In this document: in pieces, positions 9,608 through 16,088 of the stretch | Layout: every line of letters begins with the position of its first letter | Position numbering within the stretch: position 1 is the stretch's first letter | Assembly: GCA_035601615.1 (NCBI GenBank) | Contig: DATNNX010000252.1 | Location: 1 to 48,495 of the forward strand | Source: Xanthobacteraceae bacterium | GTDB lineage: Bacteria > Pseudomonadota > Alphaproteobacteria > Rhizobiales > Xanthobacteraceae | Reading direction: 5' to 3' | DNA length: 48,495 nt | Notes under the pieces: generated by a model | Databases searched by the model: none | Told to the model about the DNA's origin: nothing | What the model saw: the letters and a program-made list of their open reading frames with translations, nothing else | Position numbers and translations under genes: made by a program

Positions 9608-10709
9608 ATCGGCCGTCCTCGGCGCCGTCGCCGTTGCGTTGGCGCTGGCGGTGCTTGCCGCGAGAACCGGCGAGCAGGAAGGCGCGCGCGCGGGGCGGCC
9701 CGAAGCGGCGGATGGCAAGCGCTGGCAAACGGTGGCACCGGGCCGGGTCGAGCCTGCTTCGGGAACGATCAAGATCGCGGCGCCGGTCATGGGCGTGATC
9801 GCCCAGGTATTGATCAAGGTCGATGACAAGGTCTTCGCGGGCGAGCCGCTGGTCCGGCTAGTGGACACTGAAGCCCGGGCGCGGCTTGCCGCAGCCGAGG
9901 CGCAAGTCGCTTTTCGGCTGCGCGCGCGCAACGACGAGAGCGCGCCGGCGGCCTCGGCCGCGAGACCCTCGCGGCCGGCCACGCCGCGGCGGGGCGAAGT
10001 CGTGGCGGCGAATGTCGATAAGGCTGTCGCGCGGCGGCGCGGCGAGGACGCGGTCGCCGATGCCGACAAAGCTGTGATGGAGGCCCAGGCTGCCCTTGAT
10101 AAAGCCGTGGTCGACAGGCGCGCCGGCGCGGCGTCGAACACCCCGATCGAGATGGCGCGCTCAGGCCTGGCACGGGCGCGCGAGCGCCAGCAGCAGCGGA
10201 AAGCCGAGCTGCGCCGCATCGAAGCCGATCCCAGCACGCCGCTGCCGACCTTTGCCGAGGGCCAAGTCAACGTTGCCCGCGCCGAAGCGGCGGGCGCTGC
10301 GGCGGAAATCGAACGATTGATGATCCGCGCACCCATCGCCGGGACGGTGCTGCAGGTCAACGCCAAGCCGGGGGAGCTCGCCGCCCCCTCCAACGCACAG
10401 CCGTTGCTGGTCATCGGCGACGTCTCCGCGCTGCGCGTGCGCGCAGAACTGGACGAGCGCGATCTCGGCGAGATCAAGATCGGCCAGCCGGCCGTCATCC
10501 GCGCCGATGCCTTTCGCGGACGCGAGTTTGCGGGAAAGGTCTCCTTCATCGCCCCCATCGTCGAGCCGGCACGCATCAACAACGCGCGGGGGCAACGCAA
10601 CGTCACCGACGTTGACGTGGTCGAAGTGCTGGTCGATTTGGCGCAGCCGGACCCGCTCGCAGTCGGCATGAAGGTGGATGTCTACTTCCAGCCTAACGGG
10701 CGTCAGTGA
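9531..10709 (+). CDS. HlyD-family periplasmic adaptor (DevB-like)
   Basis: N-terminal TM anchor (SAVLGAVAVALALAVLAA), a lipoyl-like motif (GVIAQVLIKVDDKVFAGEPLVRL), an Ala/Arg-rich coiled coil and a beta-barrel (IRAPIAGTVLQVN). The start is uncertain (ATG at 9531, 9552 or 9570). All three options overlap the ATPase 3' end. Confidence 0.8.
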   Translation: MPRSRKTMASAPPMIAPTNLTGWKTKSAVLGAVAVALALAVLAARTGEQEGARAGRPEAADGKRWQTVAPGRVEPASGTIKIAAPVMGVIAQVLIKVDDKVFAGEPLVRLVDTEARARLAAAEAQVAFRLRARNDESAPAASAARPSRPATPRRGEVVAANVDKAVARRRGEDAVADADKAVMEAQAALDKAVVDRRAGAASNTPIEMARSGLARARERQQQRKAELRRIEADPSTPLPTFAEGQVNVARAEAAGAAAEIERLMIRAPIAGTVLQVNAKPGELAAPSNAQPLLVIGDVSALRVRAELDERDLGEIKIGQPAVIRADAFRGREFAGKVSFIAPIVEPARINNARGQRNVTDVDVVEVLVDLAQPDPLAVGMKVDVYFQPNGRQ

Positions 10710-10837
10710 GGCTGCAGCAACATTCAAGCTCTATCGAAAGTTGATGTCGCGAAATCGGTGCACTCCCTCTCCCGCTGGGAGCCTAACCGGATTGTCGGAT
10801 AAGGCCGAATTGTTAGGAAGTGCGCAGGCGTTGGCCC

Positions 10838-11188
10838 TTACCGCCGGTAAGCACGGTTCGGAAAAACATCCGCGTCAAATTGGGTTCGAGTGGGCGCCGA
10901 ATTCCTTTTCAACTTGATGCTGGTGGCACCCCAGTCGCTGCAATTTAGCGTCGTATACTTGATCCATTTCCTCAGCCCACGGTGATGTCGCAATGCACGG
11001 CGGATTTGCAGCCCGAAAACTCCTGTATTGGTTTTAACAAAACCCGGTGAGATGCCCCGCATCCGGCCGTGGCCGTGGATCAGCCGAAGCTGTGTTTCAC
11101 CCATTTCCCATGCTTGTTGCACTATCCTTGCGAGCGTGCCGTTCCACACGATTTCAGAGGGGCGGTAACCGTGCAGATCAATGGTCAT
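10838..11188 (-). CDS. Stand-alone Smr (small MutS-related) domain protein
   Basis: MTIDLHGYRP...LRLIHGHGRM matches the LDLHG and HGxG Smr motifs, about 116 aa. Local G+C is about 50% by hand count over 10861-11040, against clearly GC-rich flanks. Confidence 0.7.
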   Translation of the reverse strand: MTIDLHGYRPSEIVWNGTLARIVQQAWEMGETQLRLIHGHGRMRGISPGFVKTNTGVFGLQIRRALRHHRGLRKWIKYTTLNCSDWGATSIKLKRNSAPTRTQFDADVFPNRAYRR

Positions 11189-11231
11189 GGGCTCGATATC
11201 CGTCTGTGGTTCGACATCGACCGATGACGCC

Positions 11232-11444
11232 CTACCGCTGCCGGATCGGGCGCATTGGGGGAGGCGGCGTCGTGGTCGCGGTTCTCGGATCGGCGAGTTG
11301 CAGCGCCTGCAGCGGGTCGATAAGGCCGGAGCCGAAATTGTCGTTGCGCTCGCCGGCACCTGGCGGAACGGCCTGTGCGACGGCGGCGAATGAAACGCTC
11401 GCCATCGCCAAAGCCGCCGCGATGACGCGCGCGCTGGCGAGCAT
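11232..11444 (-). CDS. Small predicted secreted protein (70 aa), unknown function
   Basis: Sec-type signal MLASARVIAAALAMASVSFAAVAQA, then a Gly/Asp/Pro-rich mature part. Third codon positions are strongly G/C, as in real genes here. GAGAGG lies upstream of ATG 11444. No homology is recognised. Confidence 0.45.
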   Translation of the reverse strand: MLASARVIAAALAMASVSFAAVAQAVPPGAGERNDNFGSGLIDPLQALQLADPRTATTTPPPPMRPIRQR

Positions 11445-11657
11445 GCTCCTCGACCTCTCGACCAACGGACGTCAAAACTTTACGTCCGGGGCATACGCCG
11501 AGGCAATCGTCGCAGCAGGCTGTCAACCGCCGGCCTTTGGCAATTTTTCCAGATGTTTCAATAAGGTCACACCGCGAAACGGTTTTGGCGCCTTTCGCCC
11601 TCGCATAGGAAGCCGAAAAGCCATCCGTGGGCGGTTCGACCCTCGCCGACACGCATC

Positions 11658-12095
11658 TCAGTAGGTCAACTGCACCGGAAGCTGGAGCGTGCCGCCATTG
11701 TAGGTGAAAGCGGCGCTGTTGAAGCCCGGCGGCCCGAAGGTGGAAGAGGGGTTGTTCGAAAAGCCGTAGCCCTGCTTGGGCTTGCCGAAGAGACCCGTCT
11801 CCATCTGCGTCTCGTTGTGCTCGGCATGGAAAACGGCGACCGCATAAGTGCCCGCCGGCACTCCGCTGAACATGCAGGTGGCGTGGCCGTTTTTGATCGG
11901 CGCGACTGCCCCGCGCATTTCTCGCCCCGGCTCGCGGAAGCCGTCGGCCGAAGAATAAAGGCCGCAGCGGACCGAGCCGCTGTCGTTGCGCACGCCCTCG
12001 ACCGCTACGCTCAATCTTGCCTGCGATTGCGCGCTCGCGAGAGTCGCGGAGCCGAGCGCAAGCGCGATGAGGAAGGGTGAAACCAGCATCCACAT
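11658..12095 (-). CDS. Exported DUF2141-family protein
   Basis: Signal peptide MWMLVSPFLIALALGSATLASA. Family hallmarks GTYAVAVFHAEHNETQMETGLFGKPKQGYGFSNN are present. Confidence 0.8.
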   Translation of the reverse strand: MWMLVSPFLIALALGSATLASAQSQARLSVAVEGVRNDSGSVRCGLYSSADGFREPGREMRGAVAPIKNGHATCMFSGVPAGTYAVAVFHAEHNETQMETGLFGKPKQGYGFSNNPSSTFGPPGFNSAAFTYNGGTLQLPVQLTY

Positions 12096-12114
12096 TGGAG
12101 AGCTCCTGACTGCG

Positions 12115-12648
12115 TTATTTGGCTTTGTCGAAAGCGAGGCCGAAGCCGAGCAGCGGCAGGGTCAGGTCGATCAGTTTCTTGTTGGCGTCCTGCACGGTGA
12201 TTTTGAGTTCGCCACCGGTTCGCATGGCGGCAATGAGCTTGTCGGAGACCGTCATCGCGACGAAGCACCCGACATTTGTGCAGGTCTGGATCGCCTGCCG
12301 CTCGGGAGTGCCGTTGTCGACCTTGACCAATACCGGCTCGGTGAGATTGAGGCCGAGGGGCAGCGTCATCAGCATGGCGCCGCTCTTGCCGTCCGCCGCC
12401 GGACGCACCGCCACGGATACGAGCAACTGCCGCGTCTCGCGGTGGAAGACCTGCTGCACGGCGCGGCAGTCGAGCGTCTTGCCGTCACCCGTGCACTCGA
12501 CCCGCCATGCGGCGGGCGGGTTCTCGGAGGACTGCTGTGCTCGCGCCGATGGCAAGGGCGCAGCGATTGCGATCATCAATGCCATCGCGCCGGCAGTCGT
12601 TGCGGCGCGCTCGCCCGCCCATAAAGAACTCGCAGACATGGGGCTCAC
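12115..12648 (-). CDS. Invasion-associated locus B (IalB)-like periplasmic protein
   Basis: Signal peptide, W.V.C...C pattern (WRVECTGDGKTLDC), CTNVGCFV and a C-terminal LPLLGFGLAF motif. The exact start is uncertain. Confidence 0.75.
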   Translation of the reverse strand: MSPMSASSLWAGERAATTAGAMALMIAIAAPLPSARAQQSSENPPAAWRVECTGDGKTLDCRAVQQVFHRETRQLLVSVAVRPAADGKSGAMLMTLPLGLNLTEPVLVKVDNGTPERQAIQTCTNVGCFVAMTVSDKLIAAMRTGGELKITVQDANKKLIDLTLPLLGFGLAFDKAK

Positions 12649-12896
12649 TCCTCGCGATTGGGCTTAAAGCACGCCGATCCCGCCCGCGCTATGCCCATGA
12701 ATCCAGCAACCACCTTTAAACGACAGGACAAAACGCGAGATGTGCACTGCGGTCGAAAACAGCCGGACGTGGACTCCTCTTGTGCCAAGAACGCCGGAAC
12801 GACGTTGCGCCGCGCGGGTTGGCGCCATAAACTCGCCGCTGAACACGGGAACCGATCGACCGGAATTACCCGAATCGATCAACGCAGGGTGGAAAC

Positions 12897-14144
12897 ATGA
12901 ATATCCGCGAAACCGCGCCTCGGATTACCGAGCTCGAGAAGATTTCCACGCGTACCGACACCCGCGACTATCTGGCCAAAGCCGCGCCGACCAAGGAGAA
13001 GCTGAAGGACTGGCTCATCGTCGACGTCGATGCCCACGTCAACGAGACTGCGTTCTGGTCGGAAGTCACTGACCGCATCGATAACGAGGTTCTGCGTTAC
13101 ATCGCCGAGGCGTTCCGCGACCGCGGCCCGTTTCCCGGCTTGTTGAACGCCAACGGGCCGCTCTACCAGGACGTGGCCGGCCGCATCATGCACCAGCAGA
13201 AGCTCGCCGAGGCGACGCCGCCCGGACTGCACCGCCAAGTGCAGCTCACCCAACGCGCCATGGACGCGCTCGGCATCGATTACATGGTGGTGTTTCCAAC
13301 CCCGATGCTCTCGCTCGGCATGCACCCGCAGACCGATGCCGAAGTGGCGCTCGGCAATGCGTATAACCGCTGGTTGATCGAGGAGATCCTGCCCCAGGAC
13401 AAGCGCCAGAAGGCGCTGCTCTATCTACCGTTCAACGATCCCGACGCCTGCGTGGAGACGGTCGAGCGTTTCGCCGACGCGCCCGGCGTGGTCGGCTTCT
13501 CCGTCACCTCCACGCGCCACAAGCCGGTTTGGCACAATTCCTATATGCGGCTTTACGCGGCGCTGCAGGAGACGGGCAAGCCGCTCGGCTTCCATGCGGG
13601 CTTCAGCTGGGCCGATCCGTCGTTCCAGCAGCTCAACCGCTTCATCGGCATGCACTCGCTCTCGTTCGTGCACTTCAACATGATCCACATGACCAACTGG
13701 GTGCTCAACGGCCTGCCCGAGCGGTTTCCCAAGCTCAAGGTGATCTGGATCGAGAGCGGGCTTGCTTGGGTTCCTTTCGTCATGCAGCGGCTCGACTCCG
13801 AATACATGATGCGCACCTCGGAGTGCCCGCTGCTCAAGCGCAAGCCGAGCGAGTACATTCAGGAGATGTACTTCACCAGCCAGCCGCTCGAGCGCAGCAA
13901 CATGAAGCTCACCCAAGCCACCTTCGAGGCGATCAGCGCCGACACGCAACTGCTCTACGCTTCGGACTGGCCGCATTGGGATTTCGACGCGCCGAGCTCG
14001 ATCATCAAGCTGCCGTTCCTCAAAGAGGACGCCAAGCGCAACATTCTTGGGCTCAACGCCGCGCGGCTGTTCGGGCTCGAAGTGCCGGCGGCGAAGTCGG
14101 GCGTGAAGGCCTCGCCGCAGCGCGTCGCCGTGCCGGCCGAATGA
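12897..14144 (+). CDS. Amidohydrolase-2 (ACMSD/LigW-type metal-dependent hydrolase/decarboxylase) family protein, paralog 1
   Basis: N-terminal metal motif LIVDVDAHVNE and C-terminal YASDWPHWD, 415 aa. It is clearly paralogous to 24581-25831. Confidence 0.85.
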   Translation: MNIRETAPRITELEKISTRTDTRDYLAKAAPTKEKLKDWLIVDVDAHVNETAFWSEVTDRIDNEVLRYIAEAFRDRGPFPGLLNANGPLYQDVAGRIMHQQKLAEATPPGLHRQVQLTQRAMDALGIDYMVVFPTPMLSLGMHPQTDAEVALGNAYNRWLIEEILPQDKRQKALLYLPFNDPDACVETVERFADAPGVVGFSVTSTRHKPVWHNSYMRLYAALQETGKPLGFHAGFSWADPSFQQLNRFIGMHSLSFVHFNMIHMTNWVLNGLPERFPKLKVIWIESGLAWVPFVMQRLDSEYMMRTSECPLLKRKPSEYIQEMYFTSQPLERSNMKLTQATFEAISADTQLLYASDWPHWDFDAPSSIIKLPFLKEDAKRNILGLNAARLFGLEVPAAKSGVKASPQRVAVPAE

Positions 14145-14175
14145 TGGCCGGGCCAAGCGACTGCGTGGGGTTCGT

Positions 14176-14481
14176 ATGAGTTCATCCGCGGCCACGGATG
14201 CCGGTAGCGAATCCGGTGCGGCGTTCTGCGCATCGGTCGAGGATGCGCTCAAGAACGGCAGGCCGGATGCCGTGCCGGATGAAGCGCTGCAGCGCGTGCT
14301 CTCCGCGGCCGTGCGGCTCTATGCCGCCAAGTCGGAAGACCGCGCGCGAGAGCTTGCGCCATTCGGCGAGCAGCCGGTGAACGCGACCGAGGCGGTGACG
14401 GCGATCTGCGCGATCATGCGCGCGGCCGATCTCAACTTCTTCGATCTGCAAATGTGGTACCGCCGCGGCGAGCGCGAATGA
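14176..14481 (+). CDS. Small conserved hypothetical protein (cassette partner, copy 1)
   Basis: 101 aa with no domain I recognise. It is homologous by eye to 25892-26299 (EALQRVLSAAVRLYAA...ATEAV...AADLNFFDLQMW vs EALQALMAAVCKTYAA...ATEVM...AANLAVFELGMW). It is tightly packed between the amidohydrolase and Rieske genes. Confidence 0.65.
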   Translation: MSSSAATDAGSESGAAFCASVEDALKNGRPDAVPDEALQRVLSAAVRLYAAKSEDRARELAPFGEQPVNATEAVTAICAIMRAADLNFFDLQMWYRRGERE

Positions 14482-14503
14482 TTTACTAGATTCGGGTGAA
14501 GCG

Positions 14504-14878
14504 ATGAACGAGATCATGGTGGGCGAGCTCAGCGAGTTCGCGGAGGGTGGCTACCGCGTGCTGCGGGTCGATAGCTTCGAGTTCGGCATTTTTCGCCAAG
14601 GCGACCGCCTCGTGGCATACGAGAATCATTGCCCCCACGACGGCGGGCCGGTCTGCCAGGGCAAGGTGATCCCGCGCGTCGAGGAAGAGCTCGCGCCGGA
14701 TCAGACCACCCGCGGACTTCGTTTCTCCAAGAAGCGCAACATCGTCTGTCCTTGGCACGGCTGGGAATTCGACATTGAGACCGGCCGCCACTGCGGCGAC
14801 CCGAAATATCGCTTGCGTCCCGTCGACGTGAAGGTGCGTGACAACCGCGTTTATGTCAGCGTCCCGCCGGCAGCCTGA
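14504..14878 (+). CDS. Small Rieske [2Fe-2S] domain protein (124 aa), copy 1
   Basis: Ligand motifs CPH and CPWHG are present. There is no oxygenase catalytic domain. Confidence 0.88.
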   Translation: MNEIMVGELSEFAEGGYRVLRVDSFEFGIFRQGDRLVAYENHCPHDGGPVCQGKVIPRVEEELAPDQTTRGLRFSKKRNIVCPWHGWEFDIETGRHCGDPKYRLRPVDVKVRDNRVYVSVPPAA

Positions 14879-14934
14879 GATCGGCTTCATGCTCGCGACC
14901 GGCCTCATGCCGAGGAGCATCGCGCCGCCGGGCG

Positions 14935-15037
14935 TAGGGTGGGCAAAGGCGCGCTCCGTACCATTACGCGTGGCCAAAATCGCACCGCGCCTTTGCCCGT
15001 GCGGCGACGGTACGCAAAGCGATTTTGCCCACCCTAC
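14935..15037. repeat. REP-like intergenic palindromic element, family A, copy 2
   Basis: GGGTGGGCAAAGGCGCG (14937-14953), GGCCAAAATCGC (14972-14983), CGCGCCTTTGCCCGT (14986-15000) and GCGATTTTGCCCACCCTAC (15019-15037) form interleaved inverted repeats. They share 14-17-nt blocks with 1213-1340. Confidence 0.65.
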
Positions 15038-15049
15038 TGTCGTCCACGC

Positions 15050-16048
15050 ATGACTACGTCCCTGCTTGAGCTGAGCATCGCCCTGTCGGACAACGAGCGC
15101 ACGCGGCCGTTGATCGAAGGCCGCGTCGTTCCGCAAGGAATCAAGCCGGTCGTCACGGTCGTGCATCCCTCCGAGATGTTCTGGCGGCAGCTGCGCTTCG
15201 CCGAATTCGACGTATCGGAAATGTCGATGTCCTCGCTCATCATCGCGACGTCGCGCGGCGATACCCGCTGGGTGGCGATCCCGGTCTTCACCATGCGCAA
15301 GTTCTTCCATACCAGCGTCATCGTGCGCAGGGATTCCGGCATTGCGGCGCCGGCGGACTTGCGCGGCAAGCGCATCGGCGTGCCGGAATATCAGCAGACC
15401 TGGGCGATCTGGTCGCGCGGCGTGCTGCAGGACGAATTCGGCGTGCATGCCCGCGACATCGAATGGTTCATGGAACGCAATCCGGAGAAAAGTCACGGCG
15501 GAGCGACGGGCTTTAACCCGCCGCCGGGCGTGCGGCTGCACCACATCCCCCCCAGCACGAATATCGGCGACATGCTGCTGCGCGGCGAGCTCGACGGGGC
15601 GCTGCTTTATCTCGTCCATCCCAATCTGATCGATCGCAGTACGGTCGATGTGTCGGGGGTGACGCGTCACCTCTTCCCCGATCCCGCGGCCGAAGGCCGG
15701 CGCTTCTACGCCAAGACCGGCTTGTTTCCGATCAACCATACCGTCGTGGTGCGCCGCTCGCTGCTCGAGCGCCATCCCTGGATCGCGCTCAATCTTTATT
15801 CCGCGTTCGTGGGGGCGAAGGAGGAAATCGCGCGCTGCGGCCAATCCCACCTGCAATGGTATTTCGAAACGGGATTGCTCGACGAGAGCGTCAACCGCAC
15901 GCTGGCGGACAACGATCCGCTGGCTTACGGCTTCAAGGCATCCCGCGCCGTGCTCGAAACCATCGCCCAATACGTGCACGAGCAGGGGTTGAGCGTTCGG
16001 CAGGTGAAGCTCGAGGAATTGTTCGCCGCCAGCACGCTCGACATGTGA
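15050..16048 (+). CDS. 4,5-dihydroxyphthalate decarboxylase-like protein (cytoplasmic PBP-fold)
   Basis: No signal peptide. The N-terminus (LSIALSDNERTRPLIEGRVVPQGI...FWRQLRFAEFDVSEMSMSS) matches my recollection of the PhtD-type family. Confidence 0.65.
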   Translation: MTTSLLELSIALSDNERTRPLIEGRVVPQGIKPVVTVVHPSEMFWRQLRFAEFDVSEMSMSSLIIATSRGDTRWVAIPVFTMRKFFHTSVIVRRDSGIAAPADLRGKRIGVPEYQQTWAIWSRGVLQDEFGVHARDIEWFMERNPEKSHGGATGFNPPPGVRLHHIPPSTNIGDMLLRGELDGALLYLVHPNLIDRSTVDVSGVTRHLFPDPAAEGRRFYAKTGLFPINHTVVVRRSLLERHPWIALNLYSAFVGAKEEIARCGQSHLQWYFETGLLDESVNRTLADNDPLAYGFKASRAVLETIAQYVHEQGLSVRQVKLEELFAASTLDM

Positions 16049-16088
16049 TTTGGCCGCGGATGAATCGTCTCATAAACGAGCGGCACGC

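Noticed and set aside
8606-10669. 687-aa minus-strand ORF spanning the exporter operon
   Set aside because: It is antisense to three well-supported plus-strand genes that carry Walker and HlyD motifs. Its translation is low-complexity Ala/Ser/Arg/Thr-rich with no motifs. This is a typical shadow ORF of GC-rich DNA.
10924-10938. Sigma-54-like promoter TGGCAC-N5-TCGC
   Set aside because: The -12 element deviates from TTGC. The site lies inside and antisense to the Smr coding sequence, and no plus-strand gene follows for about 2 kb.
10709-11444. Low-GC islet as an integrated mobile element or toxin-antitoxin pair
   Set aside because: No integrase, transposase, tRNA or flanking direct repeats are visible. 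The upstream small ORF has a signal peptide, which is unlikely for an antitoxin. I keep only the compositional anomaly and the Smr call.
14504-14878. The Rieske proteins as oxygenase alpha subunits (also 26286-26651)
   Set aside because: At only 121-124 aa there is no room for the mononuclear-iron catalytic domain. They can only be electron-transfer or partner subunits.
14486-15979. 497-aa minus-strand ORF. Similar long antisense or out-of-frame ORFs lie at 3016-4149, 4197-5348, 17856-19388, 20010-21152, 21446-22834, 23139-24350, 33485-34840, 41916-43043, 44119-45285 and 47074-48429.
   Set aside because: Each is opposite to, or out of frame with, a gene that has strong family motifs. All show the Arg/Ala/Gly/Pro-rich composition expected of non-coding frames in high-GC DNA, and none has a motif I recognise.
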